In this document: positions 25,897 through 42,790 of the stretch, piece after piece | How positions within the stretch are numbered: position 1 is the first letter of the stretch | Layout of the letters: every line of letters starts with the position of its first letter | Assembly (NCBI GenBank): GCA_951406725.2 | Contig: OX597819.1 | Location: 91,822,001-91,886,000, forward strand | Reading direction: 5' to 3' | Length of the DNA: 64,000 nucleotides | DNA from: Octopus vulgaris | Taxonomy: Eukaryota | Translations under genes and position numbers: made by a program | The notes under the pieces: generated by a model | What the model saw: only the letters and a program-made list of their open reading frames with translations | Databases searched by the model: none | Told to the model about the DNA's origin: nothing

Positions 25897-27779
25897 ATGG
25901 CAGCGTAAATTTGATAATATACTGAAATATCAATTTAAATACTCTCTCTCTTCGAAATACTTTCTCGAAATCGAAAATCTAGATATAGGACATAACTCAT
26001 TGCTATTGCCATTAGCTGTATCATGTGAAGCACTAGAATCAGGCTTTGGATTTAACATTCGTAACAAATGTTGATTTGTTACTCTGCCAGTGAAGGTAAG
26101 AAATAATTTAAAGGTTGATATATAACAATTCATTGTTATCTAACAACATTTAGCAATTACATGATATACTGAGATTAACTCAGATTGGAATAGAAGATAA
26201 AGTAATGCCTTTACTGCATGGCGGAGAACAGTGAATCAATATGAATTTAAAATTTTAACACCACTCAGTGGCGAATTTGGAAAAGAATAACTCGATATCA
26301 AACAGTTAAGAGAATGGACGCATAGCACAAATATTTCAATACAAGAATAACAGAGTAACAACAAAATATCAAATAACGAAAGTAGAGATTTCCATGAAGA
26401 TAATGACTATTTATCTTGTTTAAGTGCTGTGTTCACCGTGAAAATTGATGCAGTGTCACAGTAATTAGAGAATAATTTGGATGGTATATCCAGCAAGAAC
26501 CTATATAATAGTCTACAAGACGTCACACAGAAAAAATAATCTAAGTAGCATGATATTACAATTGTTATTCCGAACTATTAATATGGAAGATAATTTGAGG
26601 TTGTAAAATTGAATGTAAGGACGTGGAAATAGTCCCTTTCTCTTGCCTAATCTAATAAACAAAAGGTCGAACAATCAAGTAGATGTTATCTTCGGTTAGC
26701 TCCATTTTTGTATCGCATTTGTACATACCTATACATGAATATTAAAAAAATCTGTTTTCTAATTCTTTCTTTGTGTCAACAACTATGAATGTTATCAGCG
26801 TTAGAACTTCTGAATTTAACATTCATGGTATATCATGTTAAATTTCAATGTATATATTACGCCATTGTAAATAACAATATAACTTTTTTTATTATATTAT
26901 ATTCTATTTTTGCCGTCGTTATCTCATCTTTAGTAGATAACATGCTGACCTAAGTTTCAAGATTTAAATATGTAGTCACTATTTTAAAAATGATGTAAGC
27001 TCGTTAATTGATCAGGTCAGGTAACAACGTAAACTATCTTCTGTTAGATTGCCAAGAGTTTATTTAAGTAAAAGTATAGTATTAACAAAAGCTACATTTA
27101 ATAGAGATTCGGTATCATGAGCTAAATTTTTATCGAGTTTAGAAGAAAGAAACAAGGAAATCTCAATATATACACACATACATATATGCACATGTATACA
27201 TCCAGGTATATACATATAATTTATCTATCTGCCCGCCCGTCTGTCTATCAGTGTTTGCCTGTCACAATTTTTCTCGTAATTTGCTGTTACATTCCTTGAG
27301 GTGTTACATAGAGGTCTTAATATAAGTTTATACTTTTGATGGAAATATTATTCCCCTAGTTTACACAGCCTCAACTGATGACTTGGTACTTAGAGGACAT
27401 CAATATAAATCGTATTAATGATTCACTAATTTAAAGATCAGTTAGAGTTGACATTTATTATAAAAAACCTGTAAAATGATTATTTCTTCTCTCGGTTGCA
27501 AATATGGAAATTTCTGGAAAGAAAATATCCTCATATGCACGCTTAAGTTACTTGTTGCAGATATAAATAATAACCGTGAATGAATCCATATATTTTATTG
27601 CTGAACTTAATTAAAAGAAAGAAAAAAAAAATTATATGTTATGTCCAACACAATTATTAAGCATTGTTGTTTAATCGGTAAAAGTTTTTAAGAAATCACA
27701 TATTTCGAAATAAATCGTTGCTATTATGCTTAAGTGTCTAAGTCCAAAACGTTGCTTTTGCAGAAAACGAAAAAAATAC

Positions 27780-28130
27780 TTTCACCATTCCATAGCAAAG
27801 CCGTTGAACTACACTTTGACAAGTTTTGATATCTTGGCATCTAAAGCAGCTGGAGATACGATACTTTGACCAAAAGAACCGGCTATTGCAGGCAAAAATA
27901 AATATTGAAAAAAAAAAAAAAAATACGCATTTGGTCATATTTGGACATACGACAGTTTAACATTATAACAACGATTATATTCATTGAGCTGTAGCGACGA
28001 AGTGACATTGGTTGACACAAAAGATCGAAGATAATCCAATAAGTTAATTCCCATCTCAAAGACGCAGAAGAGTCCCTCTTGAAATACTGTTTCCTTATCT
28101 GATGAGAATGAATATTCCTTGTAACACCTA
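27780..28130 (-). mobile_element. Possible pogo/Tigger-like transposase remnant
   Basis: Weak motifs TNVTSSLQL and LQ..LDAKISKLVKV across frames. Confidence 0.25.
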
Positions 28131-29133
28131 ACCAATAGTTAGTTTACCATTTTCACGTATAAATGAGCAGATAGATAGATAGATAGACAGACAGATAGCT
28201 AAGTCGTTAAAAGAGAGAAATAAATAATGGAAGAATGTTAAAAATATGGAATACTGCACTATAGCGGTGGTATTTCGTATCCTGCCATTAGCACTTCGTT
28301 GTTTCCATGACTGAGTTGCTTTATACTCCCACAACCCAATCTATTTGGCAACTAATACAGCTTTCTAACACTGACGCGTAGTTAATTTTAGACTAAATTG
28401 TTCGTTATTGTCTAACTCCAGGTTAGTCCTGAACAAAAAGACCTATGATCAAAGACATTTCGTCATGGCCATTCTATTTTTGCCTTTGTGCATATTACCA
28501 AATATGTCCTTCCATTTTTTTTAATGTGGTAGTATTATTTTAAGGCATTGTAGCAGCTCTTTCTAGCAATTCGAGCGAATATATAGAGGCTTTCTCGTTG
28601 GTTCAACACATGGTCCTTAGTAGTTCTGATTTCAGTTCCTCTTCTAAGTCTGGAGAAATCATTCTCCGCTATTTAGTCCCTCACCAGATGTCCCCAAGCA
28701 TTTCATTCTACCTTGCCGTTGAAGTCATACACAGATAACGATTGCGGGTTGCGTGTGATTTCAGGAATGTGTAACAGTCCTCTCACGATAAAATTATCGC
28801 ACACAGTCATCTAGATGACTACCTTCATTGACTTCTAGTGTGTCGTGAAGCAGTCAGTTTGGTGGGAATTACTTTTCCTCGATGTATAGTAGTTTGGTGA
28901 AACTTCTCCTCAAGGTAATAAAATATATGAAATGAAATTGTTCAACTGTATTCACATGTGTATTGAAAACTGTGCTCACTGGAAGGTTACTAGTACTCAG
29001 CAAAGCTTATGTTATCTATATTTACCCTAAGGTGGTCTTGTGGGATGCATATTTACTCTAAAATGATCTTGTGGGATTTAATTCAAGGTTGAAGCAAATA
29101 CGATTGTCGATCTAATATCACTGATGATCATTA

Positions 29134-29345
29134 AGGCGCGAGTTGGCTGAATCTCTAGCACGCCGGGCAAAATGCTTACCGGTATTTTGTCTGTCTCTAC
29201 GTTCCGAGTTCAAATTCCACCGAGGTCAATTTTGCCTTTCATCTCTTCGGGATCGATTGAATAAGTACCAGTTGAGTACTGGGGTCAATGTAATTCACTT
29301 AGCCCTGCCCCAAAATTACTGGTCTTGTGCCAAAATTTGAAAACA
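29134..29345 (+). mobile_element. SINE family C
   Basis: Head and Meta-like core as in the other copies. Confidence 0.75.
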
Positions 29346-29524
29346 ATATTATTGATAGCCTTTAATCTTTCAATGTCTTTCTACAAAACCATTTCTGAAG
29401 ATATATTCCTGGGACCAAAATTATGGATATGGTGGTACAAGGAAATAAAGGAAATCGAAGTAAATACGTTTAGATAACTCTCTTTACGCAGTCATTCCAC
29501 AAGAATTGCAAATGAATGTTTCCA

Positions 29525-29625
29525 TATCTTTTATCTTTTATTTGTTTCAGTCATTGGACGGCAACTGTTATGGGGTACCGCCTTGCAGGGTTTAGTCGAA
29601 TAGTTCGACCCCAGTACACACACAG

Positions 29626-29667
<42 letters not shown>

Positions 29668-29885
29668 ACGCACACACGCACACACACACACACGCACACA
29701 CGCACGCACACACACACACACACACACATACACATATGCACGATGGGCCTCCGCACACTAATTCGTTTTCAAGGCCTTAGTCGGTCAGAATCTATAGTAA
29801 AAGACACTTGTCCAAGAGGTAGCGCTGTGGGATTGAACACAAAGCCATGTAATTTCAAAGCAGGCTTCTTAACGATGCAGCATTG
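29525..29885 (-). mobile_element. SINE family A, internally deleted, with expanded (CA)n
   Basis: Reverse complement of the family A tail and head flanking a CA array. Confidence 0.65.
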
Positions 29886-30827
29886 TATACATCGCAAAAA
29901 AAAAAAAAAAAATGAAAATAGATAAATAAATTGATAAAATTGTTTACTTTTCGAGCAGAGGTAACCGAAATGTTAATCTAATTTCCAAAATCTCATAAAA
30001 CTATTAATCGTGATAGCAACTCAAGACTTTTTTTATCGAAACAACATTAGTTAAGCGTATTCATCAAAGTTTCAACACCTAAAACAAGATTCGAATCAAC
30101 AAGCCCCAAACTGGCAGCCATATTTATTCGGTCATCGCACTTCCCTTGTCAGTTGGAAAATTTTAATTAAATAACAAATGGAAGAGAGTAAAATGGATGG
30201 CATAAGCATGCGTATATCTATCTACAAGTATATGTATGTGTATATATATATATATATATGTATGAACATACACTTACAGGGTATTCGTAAATAATCATTA
30301 CAACTTCCACAATTTATTGTATCTATTGGAGTTGAGCTCCATCAGTCAACTTGCTTGCATCCAATGGAGCCTATGTGGAAGTGTTCTGATATTTCTAATA
30401 AAACTTTATTTGTTTGGGTAAGGTTTCCAATAAACTTGGCTGAGTTATACTTATCTTTCACATTTTTTCTAAAATTTCCAACTATTGTAAAGGTAATGTG
30501 TGTATGTGTGTACATACACACACACACACACACACACACATCTGTCTGTGTATGTATGTATGTATTATGTATGTATAGACAGATAGATAGATAATATTGG
30601 TTTGACTGGGACTTCAAGTTTCGCTGTTAATGGCTTATTCAACTTGTCAAATAAGTCAATAATGCGAAACCTGAAGTGCGAGGCAAGCCAATATTATCAA
30701 CAAAATCTACTTTACTAGATGTATAGAGTCCCACCATCAAAAATGTTTTGTTGTTTTTCATTAAGTTGATCGACAATACCAAATAATACGTTTATCTGTC
30801 TATGTATGCATGTATATATATATATTT

Positions 30828-30834
30828 CTGTGTG

Positions 30835-30877
<43 letters not shown>

Positions 30878-30924
30878 CATGCATAAATATTCGTGTATAT
30901 ATATATCTTTTTTTCTGTATGAAT

Positions 30925-30960
<36 letters not shown>

Positions 30961-31001
30961 ATACATAAATATTCGTGTATATATATCTTTTTTTCTGTAT
31001 G

Positions 31002-31042
<41 letters not shown>

Positions 31043-31135
31043 CATGCATAAATATTCGTGTATATATATATTTTTTTTTCTGTATGAATTATATATATAT
31101 ATATATATACATACATGCATAAATATTCGTATATA
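30828..31135. repeat. Minisatellite of about four units, each containing variable (TA)n tracts
   Basis: Unit ctgtatgaat(ta)n catacatgcataaatattcgtg(ta)n ctttttt. Confidence 0.85.
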
Positions 31136-31749
31136 TTTATATATATTCACATAATATATGATGTAATATATTATAGTGTATGTGTGTATTTGTGTGTGTA
31201 CACTAAAGTAACGGTGGAAAGGGTGAAAATTACTGAACAATTCAGAAACTTGTGTTGAAAAAATGCTGTCAAAAAGAGAAAATACTAAAATCAATACGAA
31301 AATCTGATGCATAATAGTGAAGAAAATTTGGCATATCTAGTCGGTTGCACTGTGTGATGACGTTCACACTCTAAACCGAGTTAATATCAGATTTCCATGG
31401 AGATAAAATTAGATTACTTCGCCAGTAGGGTTGTAGTGTTGAAGTAGTAATAACTTGAGCGATTATTCTGCAGAGCATACCAATACTGCTGGTGTTTCAT
31501 CCAGTTATATTTAGCGCTTGTGTTAGTTGGATTCGAATAAATTGGTAAGCTTGCTAACTAACTTAACTGAGTAGACATTATATAAACTATATGTAACCTC
31601 AAGAATAGTGGTTAGCGGGTTATTTTGAGAAGAAAACAGAAGTTAGTCATAAGAATGTAGATTGGCCTTATTTCTTTTATTGTAATATATGATAGATGAT
31701 ATTCATATAACCTTTATATACCCTTACTCATTGATGTCAAGTATGTTCT

Positions 31750-32205
31750 TTAACTGTTTTAGTCATTACACTGCGGCCATGCTGGGGTACCGCTATGAAG
31801 AATCTTTTAGTCGAATGTATCTACCCCAGTACTTTACCTTTTTTTGAAGCCTGGTATCGATGTGTTTTTGCCGAAAAGCTAAGTTACGTGGACGTAAACA
31901 CACCAACACCAGTTGTCAAGCGGTGGGAGGGGGACAAACAGACATCAAGACACACACACACATACGACGGGCTTCTTTCAGTTTCCATCTGCCAAATACA
32001 CTCACAAGGCTTTGATCGGCCCGAGGCTATAGTAGAAGACACTTGCCCAAGGTGTCACGCAATGGAACTGAACCAAGAACCATATGGCTGGAAAGAAAGC
32101 TTCTTACCGTGCAGGCGTGGCTGTGTGGTAAGAAACTCGCTTTCTAATCACATGGTTCTGTATTCAGCTCCTACTGCAAGGCACCTTGGGCAAGGCACCT
32201 TTTCT
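31750..32205. mobile_element. SINE A (- strand, 31750-32110) abutting the head of a second SINE A (+ strand)
   Basis: Family A motifs in both orientations, meeting near 32110. Confidence 0.7.
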
Positions 32206-33699
32206 TCGATGCTTTAACGATTTTACCATCCACCATCCACTGTTATTATATTTATTTTTAACAGGTTCAAAGTATAGTATAATCGACATTTCCATAAAAA
32301 GAGCAGTTAGTTATATCGACCTTAATTCTTTTGAAGTGCACTTTGCTTTACCGACCCCTGAATGGTGAAAGGTAATGTCGATCTCTGTGTGATTTTAACA
32401 CAGTATGTAAAGGGATATCGCCAAATATGGCAACCATGTCATCCAATGCATCTATCATCCTAAATAAACTTATATTAGAAGAAAACACAGGGGTTAGCTC
32501 TTTTTTCTCTATGGCTTATTTCGAGGGGAAAGAACAGAGCCTGTGACTTTTGCAGGGCCTCTGAAAATGGCGGGGAGTAGGGAGGAAGAAGCCACGACTC
32601 GTGGGAAGTAGTGTATCAAGACATCAAGTCCTTATGAGAACAAAGATGTTGTTCAAATGCCTACAACAGAGTGGACTGCACAAAAAGTATCCAAGGTTCA
32701 GATACTAGTGTAAAACCGACCGACGGGTAAAGTGCTTAATGGATTCAGTAGAAAAAATATTTAAGTTGTTCCACTGATTCATGAAAATTAGGCTCAAGGA
32801 ATATTACTAAAACAGTGCGAGAGTATAATTGTAGTGTTGTAAATACTAATACAGCTCCTATTGAACATCAGTCAGACGTATTTTCACTGGACTTAAGTAA
32901 CTAACTATGAGAGCCAACGTGAGCACTTTAGTACCAGGGACGACTTACTAGTGCATTAGTATCTGTAGGAGCACGTCGATGTTGAGAAAAAATAATGTAT
33001 CTTTAGTTTTACAAATTTATAGACACGAAGCTTGTATTAAATTGATGTTTTGGTCTTAAGACTTAAACAGTTATACATACACATGCGCGCGCATTTTTAC
33101 ATACTCACAGATAAGACGTGACAGTGACTACGAAGTTTTACTAAATAAGTCGTTTTAATCTGTGGTTATAGAACAGATACTTTTCATTTATGAAAATCTA
33201 GGGAGATTGAAGGAAGGAAAAGTAATTGCAATGTGTGCTAAATTTATCGCAAAGTCTTAAGACAAACCAAAAGAAATGATCAAAGTGTGAGTGTGGGGTG
33301 GGATGGGGTGGATATAGTCAATATATGGTTAACAGAAACAGAAATAACAAAGTATGGTCATACATGATGCTGGGAGAGGGAAGCTGGGAGAAAATTGTGT
33401 CTCTGGGGGAATACAGGCATATTATCTGTGAACTAGTCAAACGGTTAATGAATGACATTTGAAAATGAAGTTTCCGTTAACAATGGATTTTATACAGCAG
33501 AATTGTTAGAGGTTCGAATAAGGACCCTTGTGGTATCTTTTCTCGTTCCGAAAGTTCTGGAACCAAATCCCGGTCGTTCTCACCGGGAAAGTGCGAATTC
33601 TGTCAGGACGTAACATCGATGGATTGTATCAGTAGTTTGAAAGAGCAATGAAAACATAACTTCTTTGCTTTGATCTGAGAAATGTTCGCCATGCACGAC

Positions 33700-34600
33700 T
33701 GCGTTTATCACTTCTATTAAAGGAATAAGAGAACTGGAGCCATGTTAAAAATAACTTAAAAGTTATACTGACAGTATTGGTTTATGGGAAGTTTTGTTTT
33801 GGCTGATAATATTTTAACTTATGTAAACGAAAACCAACAGCAGGCGGTGTAAATTAAAAGAACGAGTGCATATAAAAACTGGGTCCAGATTAAGTGTACC
33901 AAGTGATAGATGTATGGAGGTGAGATGGTATAAATTTAAAACTGGTTTCGAAAATATCAAATTAATTACTTTTAAGGGAAATTACACAAGTACAAATACA
34001 CCGAATATAATATGAAGAGAAGAACGCTAACGCTTAGTATTCTAGCAAATAAAATCTTTGACATATTTAGCTGTACAAAGAAACAAACTGAAACTTGTAT
34101 CATGAAAATATTCAGATAACAATATTTGTTAAAAGATGTAGTTGGTGAAAAATGTATGTCTAAAATTAAAAACATGCGTTAGAAACAGGTTGGTAGAGCC
34201 TCTGAATTATTTGGCAAAGAATCTTGGTAAGATGTACAAAAAGATGAAAACAAAACATGCATATTTCAAAATAACACCATTTTCTACAGGATGGTTGTCA
34301 TATTAACAATATATATGAAAATAAGCTTGCAGTTGTTGTGAAGAAAAATCTGTTGTATATTAACAGTCGTATTATCAAACTGAGGAAGAAGTTTCGTATT
34401 GGTTGAGGATATTTTAAGGAATGTAAGACCAACAACAGGCTGTGTTATTTGAAAAATATTTGTATTGAAGTAAAACTTTGTTCTAGATGGATGAGTGAAA
34501 ATGAGTTTGGGAAAATGTTACGATATTGGTTTTGAAAAAAAAAACGGTAAAATAATTATGTTTAGGAGAACTTATAAAAACAGATATATAGCGAGTACAG
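33700..34600 (-). mobile_element. Possible decayed Penelope-like RT N-terminal region
   Basis: Minus-strand remnants LHKLK..NFP and PILSV resemble the PLE PKLHK..PxRPI motif. Very degraded. Confidence 0.3.
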
Positions 34601-34671
34601 TTTAAGCGGATAGATTTATTTAAAACAACTATGATTCATGATATGCTGGTGTGTATTCAGTCTTAGACATA

Positions 34672-34873
34672 CAAGAGGGTGGCTTTGGGTAAAAGAAAAT
34701 ACAAGAGGATCAGTTAATTGTGATTTTATTCAGCATATCCTCCTCTCAGGTTTACGCATTTATTGCAGAAATCCTTTAGTTTCTCTAAGCCCTGTAAAAG
34801 AACTTTGAAGGTCGGGCCTCCAACCAGACCTTTCGCGATACCCTTAGAGCCAGGAACTTTTCAACACCCCTCG
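34672..34873 (-). mobile_element. Mariner MITE M1
   Basis: Reverse complement of 509-726; ends aacttttcaacacccctcg|TA. Confidence 0.75.
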
Positions 34874-34954
34874 TATTAATATATGCAAAGAGACAAACGC
34901 ACAACATATAAAGGTATTTTAATACTATTTATTACAAAATGTTATTAGTGGACC

Positions 34955-35040
<86 letters not shown>

Positions 35041-35565
35041 CTATCCATCCATCCATCCATCCATCCACACACACACATACACGTTAGTCATGTGTGCAAG
35101 ATGACCTAGAAATCAATGTAATTTTCATGCGAAGAATCCATATACTTGGTACGTTATAAGAATAGCTAGATACAAAAGGTGCATAGCGTTAAATAAATTG
35201 TGTTTTCCGGCATTGTCATCGAAATATTAGCTGTACGTATGTGTTTACACTACAACCTGTAGCTGGAAGCAATTTGTTATATGTTAAAACAATGGAAATA
35301 TTAAATCAAACAATCACAGTATAAATAATAGATATGACATGAAAGGGATATGTATACATTGGAATACAAGCTAGAATATAAATGATTGTTTATATGGCCT
35401 CAGTCGGTCATGTCTGCTTGTTCATCTGTACATGTAAGCACCATCCTGGGCAAGGTTTATTTGTGGAATAGTTGTCTACGTGCAAGTGTCCTCTCAATCA
35501 CGCCGTTAATGTTGTCCAAGGAAAAGACTGCCGAATTATGTCAAAGGGGTAAGTTGATTACATAG

Positions 35566-36035
35566 ACCAGGGGTGGGGAAACTTTTTAGTGCGACGGGCA
35601 AAAATTTCCTAAGAAAAAGGTCTTCGGGCGGATCACAGGTTCAAACTCTTATATCTGTGTAAATCTTGTATATATCTATGTATAATTCGTTATACATTAA
35701 TAAAGATAAGTTTAACACATTAAATTAACGCGTAACATCTTCATTAACGCCGCCACTGAATTGAAGACGTTTATATTACCTATGAGGTGTTCTATATTTT
35801 TCAGCTAAAGTGTAGTTAGGTCTCAAGGGGGTAGTATAAACCTAGCAATATGTGTTTTATAGTGCAAACAAAATTTCCATTCAAATGGCAATTACCAGAC
35901 GATTACTGTCCATTTTCAGTTGTAGTGGAAACGCGACCTATATCACAAATAGGTATACATATATAGTATAAATTTTGATCGAAAAGTTTACTATATTTTG
36001 TACATATGAGTATATCAGCCCGCGGGCACAATAAA
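35566..36035. mobile_element. Possible hAT-like non-autonomous element
   Basis: Left end caggggtggggaaact; sub-terminal gcccgcgggc near 36018. Right TIR not seen. Confidence 0.3.
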
Positions 36036-37313
36036 ACTCAAATGGTACCCTGAAAGGATGAAAGGTAATGTCAAACTCGGCGGCATTTGAACTCAGAACG
36101 TAAAATCTGAATAAAATGTCGCTAAGCAATTTTGTCCGGTGCAGTAACGATTCTACCAACCTGTAGCATTTCTGCTCTTAGAAATATTATAGCAGAATTT
36201 CACCTCTTAATCTGTCCATATGGCTGTTTATGCTTCTCTCTTCAGTTATTATTTGGCGCAGGCACGGCTGTGTGGATGTACAACTTAACGGTTCGGCAAA
36301 AGAAAACGACAGCATAACTACCAGCTTTAAAAATATAAGTACTGGAGTCGAACTTTTTTTTACTAAACCCTTCAAGACGGCACTCCAGTATGGTCGTAGT
36401 CCAATGAGTGAAACCAATAAAAGGTAAAAAGAGCGATAAAAATCGAGTCCCCTTCCACAATTAGCTTATAGAGCTTCATTAAAATGGTGTTTTCGACACC
36501 TTCTGATCCAAACTTGTAGCATTATTGTTATCACTAATTTATTTTTGTATCGTATTACATCACTTATTCACCTGGTAAAAATACGAAATTAGTATAATAC
36601 CATTCCTGTTACTGACTTACATATATGGAACATGCATTAACAGAGAATTGAATCTCTCCTCATAGAAAATAATGATTTCTTTTGACAAAGTCAATTCATG
36701 ACACAGGGGAAATCAACTCTGCGACTATTGGTAATTGAAAGCAGAATGCCGAATACGTAATAAAATGATCAAGCGAAAGCCAATTTGAGTTGATTTCTCA
36801 TTTGCACCGGGGTTCTTCAAAGGAGCTTCACAAGGGTAGCTAACAATGTTTGCAAAGAATGAAAGGCATAAAACCTGAACACACTTAACATAATTTTATG
36901 TTACGCATTGCATTTTAAGTGTCTTAAAAAAAAAAAAAAATTCTAACTATGTTGAAAGAGGCGCTGACAGTGGTGATCGTGTTGATGTTGGTGATGGTAA
37001 TAGGAATAACTAACCTCATTCCTTTCTAATTGGTGAAAACCCCGACAAATATGTAAGACTTACTCTCTGGAAACTTACGAAAACTTGAAAGGTATTTTGG
37101 TATGTATGTATGTATGTATGTATGTATGTATGTATGTATATGTACATATATATGTATATATATATGTACATAAATGTATATATATATATGTATATATGTA
37201 CGTATATGTAGATATGTATGTAAATATACGTGTGTGTATATATGTGTGTGTGTATGTATACATGTATATATATGTAAGTTTATGTGTATGTATATATATG
37301 TATGTAAATATAC

Positions 37314-37357
<44 letters not shown>

Positions 37358-37523
37358 CGATAGAATAAGTACTAGGATTACCAAGAATAAGTCTTGGGAT
37401 CGATTCCTTCGACTAAAACCATTTTAGGCGGTGCTCCAGCGTGGCCACGATCAAATGATTGAAGAAACAAGTAAAAGAATAAAAGAATACATATATGTAT
37501 ACCCATGTGCATGTATGTATGTA

Positions 37524-37560
<37 letters not shown>

Positions 37561-37989
37561 AAAGGATGTGTTATAACACTATTCCACATATACAAAAACA
37601 GCCATTCCAACATACCTCCATCACCAGCCGCCCCCCACATAACGCATGTATACATACGCCCACATACTTGAAATATGAATTTATTCACACAGACACACAC
37701 ACACACATATATACACATAGTTATTTACGAAATGAAGCTATTTATGCATCAATATATATTTTTTTGCTAAGAAGCATGCTTCCCATCGGACGGAAACTCC
37801 CGTTGTGTACCATCGGCATTAAAACCCAACCACGTATCTATTAAACCTATCATAAAACGCTTTCTTTTATTGAAATTCTATCCAGAATTATGAATCTCTG
37901 TATCACTTCAGTCTTTTATATATGTACACTACCAAACTCACTCGTATATAACGTTTTACGATTTGTGGTACGCATTGCTGTATTTACTG

Positions 37990-40570
<2,581 letters not shown>

Positions 40571-40765
40571 TATATGCATATATGTATGTATATAAGTAGG
40601 CATACGTGTGTACCTGTGAAGGTTTTTGGTTGGATAAATTGACCCCAATACTTATTTTTGAAACATGGTACTTCTATTCATTACCGATCCGCTATGTTAC
40701 CAACAACGGGTGTCAAAGGTTGGAGTTGGACCAATGCAAAACCAATCACACATAAATAGATACAT

Positions 40766-41190
40766 AGGCGCAGGTGTGGCTGTATGGTAAGAAGCTTGCT
40801 TCCCAACTACATGGTTCTGGGTTGAGTTCCACTGCGTGGCGTCTTGGACGAGTGTCTTCTACTATAGCCTCGGGCCGACAAAGCCTTGTGAGTGGATTTG
40901 GTGGATGGAAACTGAAAGAAGACGGTCGTGTACATATGTATATATCTATGTGTGTGTGTGCGCCTTTGTGTCTGTGTTCGTCCCCCATCACCTCTTGACA
41001 ACCGGCGTTGGTTTGTTTACGCCACCGTAACTTAGCAGTTCAGTAAAGCGATCGATGGAGTAAGTACTAGGCTTTCAGTTTCCGTCTATCAAATCCATTC
41101 ACAAGGCTTTGTACGTCTTGTGCTATAGGAAAAAATACTTGCCCAAGGTGCGACGCAGTGAGACTGAAAGTGGTACCATGTGGTTGGGGA
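40766..41190. mobile_element. SINE A (+) fused to an inverted SINE A head fragment
   Basis: + copy runs to about 41072; then the reverse complement of the head (ttcagtttccgtctatcaaatcca..gcccaaggtg). Confidence 0.7.
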
Positions 41191-41688
41191 GTAGACTTCT
41201 TATCTCACATTCATGACCCCTCTGTATCTCTTCCCCACATCCCTCCTCTCTCTCTATTTATCTACCTATCTATATATGAATATGGTTTTTTTTCGATATT
41301 TTACATTAATATCTATTATGAATTTGAACGCGAACCTATCATTATCATATCAGGGGCGGACAGTTTCACACCAGACAAAGCGTATTTGAACCAGATACCG
41401 TGACTTTCGCATTACGTATCATAAAATTTAACAATGGGAAGCGACAAAAATATATATTTGTAGCAGTCACTCGACACAATGACCTACAGTTGATGTTTGT
41501 TAGAATTCCTGTTGACAAGAAATGGTTCATGAAAGGCCACAGATTAAGAATCTATTGGTAGATTGTAAGCACATTATTCATTTGGGTGCTATACATATTC
41601 AGTGATTCTGAAATGAAGTGTTGCGAGACCTTTAAATCATGTTCGTTATGCAAGCAGCATAAACATATTTAAAATAAAAATAAGTAGT

Positions 41689-41763
<75 letters not shown>

Positions 41764-41774
41764 ATGTGTGTGTA

Positions 41775-42319
41775 CAGGGTGGGCCAAATGTCACGTATAG
41801 AATAAGTTCAATACGCTCCGGAATTGTTAGACGTGCTTCAATTTTTCTAAAATTGAATAAAATAGATAAGATAATGATAAATACACACGTACTTGTACAT
41901 GAACAACATGAATACTAATAACAATAACAATACGACCACCACAAACACACCACCACCAACAACTCCACCAACAGCAACAACAACAATAATAATAATAATA
42001 ATGATCCTTCCTACTGTAGGCACAAAGACTGAAATCTGCGGCAGGGTGGGTGGGTTGCTAGTCTGCTACAGTGAACCCAGTACTAAACTGGTACTTAATG
42101 TATCGATCCCGAAAGAATGAAAAGCGAAAGCCAACCTCTGCGGAATTTGAACTCAGAAAATAAAGACAGACGAAACGCCGCTAAGCATTTTGCCCAGCGT
42201 GCTAACAATTCTGACAGCTCGTCACCTCAACAACAACAAAAACAATAACAATAAAATAATAACGAATAACGTAATACAAAAAAAAGTAAAATGTTTTGGT
42301 GCGTGAGTTTTGGTCCACC

Positions 42320-42322
<3 letters not shown>
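41775..42322. mobile_element. Tc1/mariner-type MITE containing a SINE C insertion (- strand, about 42000-42228)
   Basis: TIRs TA|cagggtgggccaaatgtcacg ... cgtgagttttggtccaccctg. Confidence 0.65.
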
Positions 42323-42377
<55 letters not shown>

Positions 42378-42380
<3 letters not shown>

Positions 42381-42790
42381 CGCAGGAGTGGCTGTGTGGT
42401 AACTAGCTTGCTAACCAACCACATGGTTCCGGGTTCAGTCCCACTGCGTGGCATCTTGGGCAAGTGTCTTCTGCTATAGCCCCGGGCCGACCAATGCCTT
42501 GTGAGTGGATTTGGTAGACGGAAACTGAAAGAAGCTCGTCGTATATATGTATATATATATATGTGTGTGTGTGTGTATATGTTTGTGTGTCTGTGTTTGT
42601 CCCCCTAGCATTGCTTGACAACCGATGCTGGTGTGTTTACGTCCCCGTCACTTTGCGGTTCGGCAAAAGAGACTGATAGAATAAGTACTGGGCTTACAAA
42701 GAATAAGTCCCGGGGTCGATTTGCTCGACTAAAGGCGGTGCTCCAGCATGGCCGCAGTCAAATGACTGAAACAAGTAAAAGAGTAAAAAA
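42378..42790 (+). mobile_element. Full-length young SINE A
   Basis: Nearly identical to 50222-50628 apart from the internal microsatellite. Confidence 0.88.

Noticed and set aside
30828-31135. CRISPR-like repeat-spacer pattern
   Set aside because: The spacers are just variable TA tracts in eukaryotic DNA, and there are no cas genes.
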